DNA from: Nanobdellota archaeon
Lineage (GTDB): Archaea > Nanobdellota > Nanobdellia > Woesearchaeales > GW2011-AR4
Length of the DNA: 64,000 nucleotides
Assembly (NCBI GenBank): GCA_038046685.1
Contig: JBBSVT010000074.1
Span: 389-64,388 of the forward strand
Direction: 5' to 3'
Part shown: positions 38,595 through 48,400 of the stretch, in pieces
How the letters are laid out: every line of letters starts with the position of its first letter
Numbering within the stretch: the stretch's first letter is position 1
Notes under the pieces: generated by a model
Databases searched by the model: none
The model's input: the letters and a program-made list of their open reading frames with translations, nothing else
What the model was told of the DNA's origin: nothing
Made by a program: the position numbers and the translations under genes

Positions 38595-38791
38595 TGTTTG
38601 TTTTTTATAAATAATTATTTATTATTTAAATATAATTAATTATTTTTTATAATTTATTAATTGTTTTTTACTAATAATTACTTTTTTTTTATATATTATT
38701 ATATATTTATTAAGAACTAATATTCATTATTTTTAAATGTTTTGGTTTTTGAGAAAGGAAAAGTTTTATGCCTTAATGAGTCCATTAATTA

Positions 38792-39034
38792 ATGGATATG
38801 ATAAAGAAAATATCCAAAGGGTACCGCATAACGATTCCCGCAGAAATAAGGAAGCAATTTGATTTAACCATAGGCACACCCATAGATATAGAAGTTAAAA
38901 AAGAAGAAATAATAATAAAACCATTTAATGCCAAAAAAGAAATGGAGAGGCTTTTCGAAGAAGCAGATAAACTGCCTATGCATAATTTGAGTCCAGAAGA
39001 TTTAGAAAAAATGGAAGAGGAAATATATGAATAA
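38792..39034 (+). CDS. AbrB/MazE-family antitoxin
   Basis: SKGYRITIPAEIRKQFDLTIGTPIDI...IIIKP. Confidence 0.88.
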   Translation: MDMIKKISKGYRITIPAEIRKQFDLTIGTPIDIEVKKEEIIIKPFNAKKEMERLFEEADKLPMHNLSPEDLEKMEEEIYE

Positions 39035-39172
39035 ATTTATTGACTCAAATGATATAATATTTACGTTCACTAACAGCAGTCAAAAGCACAGATGCAGAAA
39101 AATTTTAATTGAAGAAAATATTACTATGACAAGCATTTTGATAAGCTTGAAATAAAAAGGGTTGAGCCGTAG
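39027..39172 (+). pseudogene. Internally deleted PIN (VapC) toxin remnant
   Basis: Starts MNKFIDSND (PIN N-terminus) overlapping antitoxin stop, ends YDKHFDKLEIKRVEP* in another frame; middle missing. Confidence 0.7.
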
Positions 39173-39212
39173 AGATGCTCTACTTTTTGTTTAAGGTCTT
39201 TTTTGTTTCAGA

Positions 39213-41000
39213 TTAACTTCTTGGCTTGAAGGGATTTCTCGGCAAGTCGTGTCCCCAGTATTTTGTACCACTAAATTTACCTCCCTCAGTTACAAGCCCT
39301 ATATTAGGTCCGATATCATAGCCGCCTATGGCATCACCTATCGCCTCCAACACTTCCATAACTCCTGCTTTATTTGGGTCGCCGGTGCCGCCCCAATACT
39401 TGGTTTCTTCAATAACACGGTGCAAAATGTATAACGCCGCTCCTCTGGTAGTTATTGTTGGCTTTTCAGACTGATGGCTTAATATATTCTCCTGCAAGTC
39501 GTAATAGTACTTTCTACCAATATGCTTATCTTTGTCTTCTGCTCTCGGGTCAAAAGCAGGATTAAGATGGCTTGGCCTTATTGTCATTTCAACATATTCC
39601 GGATCTGAAGGTGGCCTTAAAGATGTCTCTGTTGTTTTCCCGGAAAGCTTATTTAATATCATCCTAACCTTAGCGTGTCTTCCGTGGTCAATATCTCTTT
39701 TTGTCTGTGGATGCACATTGTACTTCTCAGCCAAAGATTTTGGTTTTCTTGGGTCAATAGATTTTAATTCAGTCATTATTCTTTCCATTACTGTAATTGC
39801 ATTCTTGTGATACCTTCCGTCTCTCAAATCATCCCTGTACGCATCATAACTGACATAAACCCAATATGCTATATCTAACAAATCACAATCTTCTATGAAA
39901 TGTGAAGGTACTGTTCGTACTTCACTTCGAGGGCGTCCTTCATAAATGTCAATGAGCACTTTTCCTTTTTCCAATGGTTTTCCCTCAAACAGAGTTTCAC
40001 CATCACCAACTTCAAGAGGATATCCATTCTTGTCAAGCCCAGGCGCAACTTCTTCAGGTCTTTTAAAGTTTGCAGGAAGTGTGTTAATGTTATCATTTGT
40101 TGGATTTTCAGCATCATCCAAGAGACGCCCATCACTGTCCAAAGGCTTGATGACTTTGTAGGTGTGTGCATAATGCACCTTTTGATATCCCAATCGTTTT
40201 TTCATCACATTCTGTCTTAGCTTTCTTAGTTCTGCATGCCTGCCTAATACGCCGCCTTCACCCTTGCTTCCTCCAAGTGCCTTTCTATGCTCTTCTTCAA
40301 AATTCACCATCTTTTGTTGCAAATACTTTTTCAAGTCCATTATTTTGCTGTGGATAATTTTTATGTTATCCCCAACACGTTGATTATTAGGCAACGCTGC
40401 CTTAACGTCTGCACATATCTTTTCAATATCCCTATCTAATTGATTCCAGTATTCACTATTCCGGGCCCCAAAGTAAGCAACTTGGTATCTTAAATTTTTA
40501 TGGACTATCCACTTTTCAGGGGGAAGATTAAATCTCACATTAATGATTCCACCCCCACTTGCTGTTAAGTCAATAGGAAGTTCAACGGGAGGTTGTTCTG
40601 TAGGGCTAGAGAAAGTTCCAGAATCGGACAATTTATACTCCTGTAATAGCGATTTTTCATTAATAAAAGGCCCTATGCTTGAGCCTATTTCATGCTTGTC
40701 AGACACAAATTCAGAATATAATTCTCTAAGTCTATTTCTATAAAATTGCGCACTCGGTTCTTGTCCTTTACCCTCAAGGCCGTCCCAACTCAGTTCCGCT
40801 TCCACCATCTCCTTATTCAATTTTTGTATTGTGTCAAATTCTATCTCCTTCTTCAATTTTTGGTAAATGCCAATATTTTTAATATCTTCTTCAGGACCAA
40901 AATGTACCGGAAAACCTATAAACCTTAAACCTCTCCAAAGGTTGGTTCTCCAATTAAGAAATCTTCTGGGTAAAGGTTTTTGCTCAGCCATAGCGCTCAC
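39213..41000 (-). CDS. Large hypothetical protein, paralogous C-terminal domain with 42713-44374
   Basis: 595 aa; DLRDGRYH, AFD, GRKYYYD, PTITTRG motifs; overlaps upstream gene. Confidence 0.8.
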   Translation of the reverse strand: MSAMAEQKPLPRRFLNWRTNLWRGLRFIGFPVHFGPEEDIKNIGIYQKLKKEIEFDTIQKLNKEMVEAELSWDGLEGKGQEPSAQFYRNRLRELYSEFVSDKHEIGSSIGPFINEKSLLQEYKLSDSGTFSSPTEQPPVELPIDLTASGGGIINVRFNLPPEKWIVHKNLRYQVAYFGARNSEYWNQLDRDIEKICADVKAALPNNQRVGDNIKIIHSKIMDLKKYLQQKMVNFEEEHRKALGGSKGEGGVLGRHAELRKLRQNVMKKRLGYQKVHYAHTYKVIKPLDSDGRLLDDAENPTNDNINTLPANFKRPEEVAPGLDKNGYPLEVGDGETLFEGKPLEKGKVLIDIYEGRPRSEVRTVPSHFIEDCDLLDIAYWVYVSYDAYRDDLRDGRYHKNAITVMERIMTELKSIDPRKPKSLAEKYNVHPQTKRDIDHGRHAKVRMILNKLSGKTTETSLRPPSDPEYVEMTIRPSHLNPAFDPRAEDKDKHIGRKYYYDLQENILSHQSEKPTITTRGAALYILHRVIEETKYWGGTGDPNKAGVMEVLEAIGDAIGGYDIGPNIGLVTEGGKFSGTKYWGHDLPRNPFKPRS

Positions 41001-42732
41001 TCATAAATTTGCTGGTTCTTTCGGTTACATACCCAACATCTTCTAAAAGTATTCTTTGTTTAGACCAATTCACTAAAGTTAGATAGGCATTAATCATTCT
41101 TTGAACTCCTTTCCTTATTAGCGTTAAATCATAGTTGCTCAAAGCATTATCCTTTTGCTTGATTTGTTCTATAAAGTCGCCGAATTGATTGTGGAACTCA
41201 CCAAGCCGAGCAAAATCAAAGTCTAGCATAAGCAGATATGAAAACTTTGCTGGGTCTAAAATGTTTACAGCTTCCAATACTTTCTCTTTGTGCTCTGAAA
41301 ATTTCACAATGCTTCCTCCTTGAGTAGCCAATTGTTCAGCTTCAGCTTCTATATCAAACATCTCTTCCAATTTTTCAAAATGCTCAGCAATGTCCATATA
41401 CATCACGTCAACCCTGTCATAAGTATATATAAATCTTTTTTTTCTGTTTTTCCAGAGCCTATCGACGTCTCTTTTGAGCGCGTCAATGCCCTTTTGGACT
41501 GCTGATACTAGATTGATTTCACCGCTTTCAGCCATAATTGCCCGGTTAATTTGCAGGATAAGCCTTGCAATTGCATCTCTTAATAGTCCACTTCTCTTTT
41601 CAAATACGGCAGCGAGATATTTTCCTGCATCACCAATCACAGCATTCTTTCTTCTCATTAACTCCTCTAAGCGGCCTCTCCATCCGTTTAATATGGTTAT
41701 CCACTTAAGTGGTTGCTGTCCTATTCTTTCTTTATTTTTCAGTAAGTAGCTTGCAAAGGGATTATCAGCATATTCTGTTCTGAAAGTGGCAGCATACTCC
41801 TCTATATGTTTACAAAATTCCTCAGTAGCCTCAGCCCTCATCCATTTAGACTTGCCAAATTTGTCAGTTTGTATATCCCTCTGCAGCATTGAAATCAATC
41901 GTGAGATAAATCCTATTTGCTCAGCAACCTTGTGTGTGAATCGAGCTACGTAATAAAGCATTTGAACCTCTCTGCTGCCAAACACGGCTTTTCTTAAGAT
42001 CTGGTCTTTGTTGAATGTATCAAGTCCCTTGAGCAGTTTCCCATCTGGTGTTTTTACATCTTCTTCAAAATAAGAACGCGTTCTGTCAGTGAAAAAAAGA
42101 ACATCAAAATGCACATGCTGGCTCCAATCATTGACATCTCTTAAGGCATAATTTAAAGACTCAATTTCACCCATATACCTTTTTATTAAAGTTAGCCTAT
42201 TGCGAATGTTCGCTTTTAATTTCTCATCTTCCAACAATTCAACAATATGCAACAGCGAAGCAATATCTTTCTCCAATTTTCCTAAGTCATTAATATCACC
42301 AGAAATTTTTTGAAGCACGCCAATTCCCCTCTCTCTTGCCAACCCGTGTTTTCTTATTAACTGCATCAGCTCTTTGTCTATCAATCGCGCAAATTCTGGG
42401 TTATTTGTCTTGAATTCTTCCAGTCTTCGCTCCAGAATCTCATCTAAAGCCCCTAAACTTAATGTTCCGCTTCTAACTTGTGCCATCAACTTTTGTAAGT
42501 GGAAAATGAACATGTAATCAAATGCCTTTTTCTCCAATTCTTCTTTATTGCCAATAATAGAATTTGCATTATCCACAACAAGCCTTAGATTTTCAATTGT
42601 GTTCAGCGCTTCTTCCAAAAATCTTGAAACTTCATTGTCAAATAATCTTTGAGGCGTATCAATTCCAGGTTTGTCTAAGTCAGTTCTTGTCATTAGGTTA
42701 TCTGAAGTTGGATTATTTGGCAACTGTTTCAC
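40984..42732 (-). CDS. Large all-helical coiled-coil protein
   Basis: 582 aa, L/E/K-rich heptad-like composition; overlaps both neighbours. Confidence 0.8.
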   Translation of the reverse strand: MKQLPNNPTSDNLMTRTDLDKPGIDTPQRLFDNEVSRFLEEALNTIENLRLVVDNANSIIGNKEELEKKAFDYMFIFHLQKLMAQVRSGTLSLGALDEILERRLEEFKTNNPEFARLIDKELMQLIRKHGLARERGIGVLQKISGDINDLGKLEKDIASLLHIVELLEDEKLKANIRNRLTLIKRYMGEIESLNYALRDVNDWSQHVHFDVLFFTDRTRSYFEEDVKTPDGKLLKGLDTFNKDQILRKAVFGSREVQMLYYVARFTHKVAEQIGFISRLISMLQRDIQTDKFGKSKWMRAEATEEFCKHIEEYAATFRTEYADNPFASYLLKNKERIGQQPLKWITILNGWRGRLEELMRRKNAVIGDAGKYLAAVFEKRSGLLRDAIARLILQINRAIMAESGEINLVSAVQKGIDALKRDVDRLWKNRKKRFIYTYDRVDVMYMDIAEHFEKLEEMFDIEAEAEQLATQGGSIVKFSEHKEKVLEAVNILDPAKFSYLLMLDFDFARLGEFHNQFGDFIEQIKQKDNALSNYDLTLIRKGVQRMINAYLTLVNWSKQRILLEDVGYVTERTSKFMSERYG

Positions 42733-44374
42733 CTGCTGTTTGCTCTAAAAATTCCGATTGCATCCTAAAATAATCATTTAAATATTTTCTTATTTGCTCA
42801 GCTTCCTTTGAATGCTGTTTGGCAACCGTGCTAATGAAGTTCCACAATCCTTCCAACGATACTGTTGGATAAGGATTTGCAGGGTTAAATCTTGGACTGT
42901 CTACACTCTCATCATAATAATGTTTTCTGCCCCAATATACAAATTTATCAGGCTGTTTTAACGCTTCTCTATCAAATGCAGTTTGATTTTCCTTCAATAA
43001 GCTGCTAAAGCGTGCATTTTCAAAATCGAGCCTACCTTTTTTTTCCATTATAGCCGCATAGTCCTCTGTTGTTCTACTATACGGGTGATAGACTCCTTTT
43101 TGCATATCCTGAACATTGAAATCCCAGTCACTTTCAGAAAAAGTAAGTATTTGGGAAAATTTACCTCTGGTATCTAAATGGAAAAGTGTAAGATCTTCTT
43201 TTTTAAATCTCCTTACCCTAAATTTGCCATTTACCTCAGGGTTTTTTCTTTCAGTCTGAATGGCATTAATATCACTTACAGCATAACCAAATAAATTCAC
43301 TTCTACAAGACATTCTGCTGTGCCTTCTTCATACTCAGCAGGACTTCCATTTTTAATAGCCCTTGCAGTTTCCCATTTTATATCCCTTGTTACCTTATTG
43401 TCATCTGTTTCAACTTCGTATATCTTAGGAATAGCTCCTTTTTTTGCAAAGCCATAGCCTCTAACGTATTGACCATACATATTATACATATCTTGGAAAT
43501 AAAGTCTGGTAGCTTTGATATAATTTAATACCTTAATTCTTGATATGGTTGCCTTATATCGGTCATAAGCATCATCGAGTTGTGTTACGTTAACATCAAC
43601 AATTGAACCCATTTTGTTTTCCACATATTTGTCTGATTTTATAATTTCGGGTGTTTCACCAGCTAAATTCAACTCCAATATTTCCTTTAGCTCTTTCATG
43701 AGCTTGTAAATAACTATGTCCTTTCTTGCAATTCCCCAAGTATTTGCATGTTTTTTTGTTGTTTCATTCTTTCCAAGTACCCAGTCAACTATTCTTCCAT
43801 TGCTCACTACAGGCTCTACTTTGCCACCCTCCACATCCCTTATCATGCTCTTGCGTAGTTCTTCCTCATCTAATTCAACAGATTGCATTGGTCCTTCTTT
43901 CTTCAAAACTTTTTCTATAGTGTCTGCAAATGCCAAACGCTTTGTCTTGTATATTTCATGCCTCAATAAGTAATTCATCAAAACATAGAGTTCAATCCTA
44001 AGCTCTTTCAGCAGAGGGTGCAGTTCATCAGGTGGGCCTCTTAGCCTGTAACCAAGCCAATTGGAAAGCAATGACCCAATCACCCTCTGTTTCTTAAGCC
44101 GCTTTAGTATCTTAAATCCAACTCTTATTCTCCCTTCCCTTATCCATCTAGCTCTTTTTTCACCATTTGCCCACGCCATAAATATAAAGAAGAGTATCAT
44201 TAAAACAGCTAATGCACCCAAAGAAATTTTTAGATTTCCATATGTAAGTTTTGGATAGAAATAGCTATTACCAAAAATCAAGTACCAAACATAATCTGCT
44301 ATACCTGCGAATATAAAGGCCACTACCCATCTCACAAGCCACGACATATTGCGCATAAAGTCTATGACTGTCAT
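42713..44374 (-). CDS. Two-TM membrane-anchored protein with unnamed C-terminal domain
   Basis: 553 aa; two N-terminal TMs; DMQKGVYH, AFD, GRKHYYD, PTVSLEG motifs. Confidence 0.8.
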   Translation of the reverse strand: MTVIDFMRNMSWLVRWVVAFIFAGIADYVWYLIFGNSYFYPKLTYGNLKISLGALAVLMILFFIFMAWANGEKRARWIREGRIRVGFKILKRLKKQRVIGSLLSNWLGYRLRGPPDELHPLLKELRIELYVLMNYLLRHEIYKTKRLAFADTIEKVLKKEGPMQSVELDEEELRKSMIRDVEGGKVEPVVSNGRIVDWVLGKNETTKKHANTWGIARKDIVIYKLMKELKEILELNLAGETPEIIKSDKYVENKMGSIVDVNVTQLDDAYDRYKATISRIKVLNYIKATRLYFQDMYNMYGQYVRGYGFAKKGAIPKIYEVETDDNKVTRDIKWETARAIKNGSPAEYEEGTAECLVEVNLFGYAVSDINAIQTERKNPEVNGKFRVRRFKKEDLTLFHLDTRGKFSQILTFSESDWDFNVQDMQKGVYHPYSRTTEDYAAIMEKKGRLDFENARFSSLLKENQTAFDREALKQPDKFVYWGRKHYYDESVDSPRFNPANPYPTVSLEGLWNFISTVAKQHSKEAEQIRKYLNDYFRMQSEFLEQTAGETVAK

Positions 44375-45357
44375 TTAGGTGTACCTCCTGTTGTGCCTGT
44401 AGTTCCGCCAGGTGATCCTTTCCACCACCTACTGAATGCTTTCCAGCCGATTGTTCCAAAAATAAATGAAACTATAAGCGAACCATATTGGCGCCAATCA
44501 TCTCCCCTCCATGGATAAGGGAAAGCATTTTGCCAAAACCAAGTTATGACTCCTCTTCCTGGAAATACAATGTAGGATATCCACAAAACAAGTCCTACGG
44601 CAACAAAGTAGTTGTACCATTTGCCTCCAAGCTGCTTTCCTAAAACTATAATTGAAAGGAGTTCTCCCAACTTGATTATTGTATCAGTTGTGGTGCCACT
44701 TTTGGCAATATCAGCAGCAATGATTAGCGCCATTGCATACGAAAGCTTGTTGTACCCTTCTCCCATCTTGAGGAAACCAACAAAGAACCACGATAGTAAT
44801 ACTGCAGAACCTATAAAAACGTACAACCTGTTGTCTTCTGGACTTAAGATGCCTTTTTCGCCTAAAAGGTAATTATAAAATTGTTGCAAAGTTTGTGTAT
44901 TCCATACATAACTTTCCAGCCTTAATGAAATTATTGCAGCAATAAAAGTTATCAACAATAATGCCCCAACCTTTCCCTGTTTTGATTCAAGAGGTACTCC
45001 AAGCAATCCCAAACTGAAATAAACAACTCCCGAAATTAATATTGTGTTGACTATGACGACTGGGTTAAACATACCAGCAAAAGCTCCGACTTCCCAAATA
45101 AAGCCGCTAGAGCCAATAAATACCCACGCTATAATAAACGATAATCCAAAAGTTGCAATCCACAATATTGCTTTTTCTTTGTCTGACTTTTCCGGCATTA
45201 GTATGTATTGCAGCAAAAATAAAATAACCCATATTATTGCCGTATTTATTGCTAAAACAACCCATGGATTTCTTGGCGACACTTCCTGAGCAAAAACTGA
45301 GGGAATTCCAATTACCAAGATTAATGCGCTAATCCAAAGCATTTTGCCTATTTTCAT
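44371..45357 (-). CDS. Polytopic membrane protein with signal peptide
   Basis: 328 aa, signal peptide (SVFAQ) then about eight hydrophobic helices; overlapping start/stop with both neighbours. Confidence 0.82.
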   Translation of the reverse strand: MKIGKMLWISALILVIGIPSVFAQEVSPRNPWVVLAINTAIIWVILFLLQYILMPEKSDKEKAILWIATFGLSFIIAWVFIGSSGFIWEVGAFAGMFNPVVIVNTILISGVVYFSLGLLGVPLESKQGKVGALLLITFIAAIISLRLESYVWNTQTLQQFYNYLLGEKGILSPEDNRLYVFIGSAVLLSWFFVGFLKMGEGYNKLSYAMALIIAADIAKSGTTTDTIIKLGELLSIIVLGKQLGGKWYNYFVAVGLVLWISYIVFPGRGVITWFWQNAFPYPWRGDDWRQYGSLIVSFIFGTIGWKAFSRWWKGSPGGTTGTTGGTPK

Positions 45358-46499
45358 AATTCTTTTGCTACCTCTTCCAAAATTTTATCGTCAGGAGCAT
45401 CATCAAACTCATAACCATGAGAAGTTAACTTAACCCAAAGGCGGAGCACATTGTCAGCAAAGTAGAACATGTTGTTTTTCTTGTAAATGATGTCAACTTC
45501 CATCAATCTTTCAATAATGCTTTTTGCCACAGGAGCACTTCTGTAAATTTTCCTTGCAATATCGCTCAGGCGAAGCTCTTCGTTTGCGATAACTTTCAAA
45601 ATCGATTTAAGCAGTGTTTGTCCTCTTGCCCTGCTGTAATAGTAATTCAAAGACTCTTTGCAGTAATTGTGAAGTGAACTGTTTTTTTGAAGAAGCTCAA
45701 TCAAGAATGCCTTTTTAGCTTCCTTAATTTCATTGCATTTCTTAGAAATTAATGAAGCAACAAATGGATGGCCATTGCTTAATGCAAAGATTTCTTCGCC
45801 TAAATTTATATCTCTTTTGCCGACAATGCTTTCCACAAGCTCAATTGTTTCATTCTTGTCAAGATTTTTTATTTCATAGCACTCAAATTTTCTTAATATG
45901 GACAAAGACTCCTTGATAGCGGAGCTTGTTGCTATGTAGCTTATGCTTTCGGAATCAAAATCAATAAGTGAGATAATGTCCCTAATTTGAGAGAAATTGT
46001 TTAAGTCAAGCAGATTTTCAAAATTGTCAAGCGCAATCAGGAATTTTTTGCTGTTTTCCTTTCCTAGGATTCCAGCAAAATCAAAGGCGCTCTGAGCAAG
46101 AAGCTTTTGGTCGGGCTTTATTTTAAGCAATTCATTGTGAACTGATTTTATCACAGAAAAAGCGTTTTTGCTTTTTAGCTCCTGCTCACATTCCAGCAAA
46201 TTTTCAATCAATAAAAACTTTTTATATTCATATAGCGGCTTTCTTAAGAAATGAAATATAATATTGCCGATAAACTCGATTGAGAAATTTTCAGGATTAA
46301 GGCTTATTTTTTCCAAATCAATGTAAACTGGAACAAGATCCTTGACATGCTTAAGATGCACCTTGACAATTGATGTTTTGCCTGATTTTCTGGAGCCGAG
46401 CAATGCAATGTTCTTCTTGATTCCGTTCCGGAAGGAATTTGTATTTTCATCTAATAGCTTTAAGTAATAGCTTCTTCCGATAACCGAATCATCTGTCAA
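45354..46499 (-). CDS. Archaeal AAA+/STAND-like ATPase with C-terminal wHTH
   Basis: VIGR, Walker A GSRKSGKT, altered Walker B IALDNFE, SNGHP, C-terminal LSDIARKIYRSAPVAKSIIERL...FADNVLRLW. Confidence 0.85.
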   Translation of the reverse strand: MTDDSVIGRSYYLKLLDENTNSFRNGIKKNIALLGSRKSGKTSIVKVHLKHVKDLVPVYIDLEKISLNPENFSIEFIGNIIFHFLRKPLYEYKKFLLIENLLECEQELKSKNAFSVIKSVHNELLKIKPDQKLLAQSAFDFAGILGKENSKKFLIALDNFENLLDLNNFSQIRDIISLIDFDSESISYIATSSAIKESLSILRKFECYEIKNLDKNETIELVESIVGKRDINLGEEIFALSNGHPFVASLISKKCNEIKEAKKAFLIELLQKNSSLHNYCKESLNYYYSRARGQTLLKSILKVIANEELRLSDIARKIYRSAPVAKSIIERLMEVDIIYKKNNMFYFADNVLRLWVKLTSHGYEFDDAPDDKILEEVAKEL

Positions 46500-46545
46500 T
46501 TTATTCTCGATTTATTCTAAGTCCAAAATTCTCTCAACAAATTTC

Positions 46546-46711
46546 TATTCCATTTGGTATATATACTATTAATATAAAAATGTTGCTATTTTAAAAAGTT
46601 ATACTAAATGGTATATTTTTTTAAGATTTATAATCCAATCTGTAAAGAACTGATATATAAAACTTGTCTTTTTAATTATTATATTAATTGGTATATATAT
46701 TTTTTGGTATA
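46546..46711. promoter_or_regulatory. Four degenerate copies of 16-bp palindrome TATACCAWWTGGTATA
   Basis: 46546-61 TATTCCATTTGGTATA, 46600-15 TATACTAAATGGTATA, 46680-95 TATATTAATTGGTATA, 46696-711 TATATTTTTTGGTATA. Confidence 0.7.
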
Positions 46712-46802
46712 AAAATTACAACTTTTTTATTTTTTGAACAAAAACTATCTAAAATTTTTGAGTCAAAACATTTATATACATAGATATCCACGTATCTACA
46801 TA

Positions 46803-47045
46803 ATGAGTGATATTTACTTTCAAGGTAAGCAAATTATCATCAAAGTCCATGCAATAAAAAGAGCAAGGGAAAGAGAAATTGCATTTCCGGACCAAGTTTA
46901 TGATGTTTTGCAAACAGGCAAAGTAAAAAGATTTGGGAAACATGGAATTAAGTTTGTCAAAAGGAGCAAAGACGGCTCAATAATCTGTGTCGGAGAGGAT
47001 TTAGGTTATTGTATAATTATTAAAACGATAGAGCGAGGTAACTAA
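46803..47045 (+). CDS. DUF4258/RelE-like putative ribonuclease toxin
   Basis: HAIKRARER.I....V...L..G ... IIIKTI pattern; upstream of Zn-finger antitoxin. Confidence 0.75.
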   Translation: MSDIYFQGKQIIIKVHAIKRAREREIAFPDQVYDVLQTGKVKRFGKHGIKFVKRSKDGSIICVGEDLGYCIIIKTIERGN

Positions 47046-47046
47046 C

Positions 47047-47355
47047 ATGAAATGTCCAACATGCCAAAAAGGAAAGATGGAAAAGAAGAAAGAGATTATG
47101 GAACAGGATGGGATAGAGTTTGAGGCTTACAAATGTTCAGAATGCGGAGAAGAGATAATGAATATGGAGCAATTGAAAGTTTTAGCAGGCAAATACAGAA
47201 AATTAAGGCACGCAAAAGATATAACTTTCGCGAAATGGGGGAACAGCATTGCAGTCAGAATTCCACGCGACATTGCAGACGAATACAATATTTTTGCTGG
47301 AAAGCATGGAACATTAACTAAAGTTAAAGAAGGAATTAAAATAATTCCAACGTAA
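47047..47355 (+). CDS. Antitoxin: YgiT/MqsA-type Zn finger fused to AbrB/MazE domain
   Basis: MKCPTC...CSECGE and KWGNSIAVRIP; GAGGT RBS. Confidence 0.88.
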   Translation: MKCPTCQKGKMEKKKEIMEQDGIEFEAYKCSECGEEIMNMEQLKVLAGKYRKLRHAKDITFAKWGNSIAVRIPRDIADEYNIFAGKHGTLTKVKEGIKIIPT

Positions 47356-47533
47356 TAAAAACTACTTCTTGTCCTTTTGACTGGGTTAAAATTAGGCAGC
47401 CCTTTACCCTTTATGCTATTTTTACATAAATGGTGTAACTATTCTAAAGTAATAACAATTAAGAAAGATTTAAATAGGGAAATGAAATACTGTGAACGAT
47501 TAAAAACTTGAATAAACAAACAATATCACTAAA

Positions 47534-48358
47534 ATGGCCGAAACACTAGAACAAAAAGTTGGAGCGCCTCCAACCGCAAAAAACCCAGTAGAAAACCCAG
47601 AAGAAAAAAAGCCAAAGTTTTTTGAAAATATGCGAAAAGAGTTTTCAGAATTACCTAAATGGATTGGAAATTCTGCGCTCAGCGCAACTATGCTTGGAAC
47701 ATCATATGCATTAGGCGGCTTAGACGCTTTGGCGCTTGTAGGCTCTTATCCAATAAGCGGAATGGTAAAAAAAAGCATTAAGAAAAAGCCATTTGACTCA
47801 TCTGAATTAAGAGACCAAACCGGAAAAGGTCTTGTAGGCGGATTACTCACATTTGGCGCGATAAAATCAATACAAAATTTATCTGATTCTTATGGATTGG
47901 ATGGTTTGGCGAATGGCTTTAATGCTGCTGTGCCAATAGCTTTTGGCTTAACATTAGCTGCTATGCCAGCGATAAATTTTGGATACGAATTTTTTAAGTA
48001 TATAATTGACAACAAAAAGATTAAAGGAGTAATCAAGCATTATAAGGACAATTTTTTAGGCGATACAAAAAAATATATGCTTCGCTTATTGCCGGTTGCC
48101 GGAATGGTTGCAGCGTCAGTAGCAATACCCGCTTATTCTTATTTATTATTTCCCGCTGTTGCAGCCTACAACGTTCTCAATAGAGCCACATATAATCTAT
48201 CTGCTTATGTTTCATCTGCATACAAAACAGTGAAGGACATAACAGTAACAACATTTAAATTATGTGACGGGTTTATGAATTCATTTTATAGAATGGGGCA
48301 GTCAATTAGTAAATTCATGGAAGGCAGACCAAAAGCACCGGAGAAACAACCAGCCTAG
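47534..48358 (+). CDS. Hypothetical membrane-associated protein
   Basis: 274 aa with Gly/Ala-rich hydrophobic helices. Confidence 0.7.
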   Translation: MAETLEQKVGAPPTAKNPVENPEEKKPKFFENMRKEFSELPKWIGNSALSATMLGTSYALGGLDALALVGSYPISGMVKKSIKKKPFDSSELRDQTGKGLVGGLLTFGAIKSIQNLSDSYGLDGLANGFNAAVPIAFGLTLAAMPAINFGYEFFKYIIDNKKIKGVIKHYKDNFLGDTKKYMLRLLPVAGMVAASVAIPAYSYLLFPAVAAYNVLNRATYNLSAYVSSAYKTVKDITVTTFKLCDGFMNSFYRMGQSISKFMEGRPKAPEKQPA

Positions 48359-48400
48359 ATTGAGAATTGGAATATCTCCATTTAAACGTATAGGTGAGTT

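Noticed and set aside
38600-38760. Extremely AT-rich tract as replication origin
   Set aside because: No ORB-like G-string repeats or adjacent cdc6/orc1; adequately explained as a divergent promoter region
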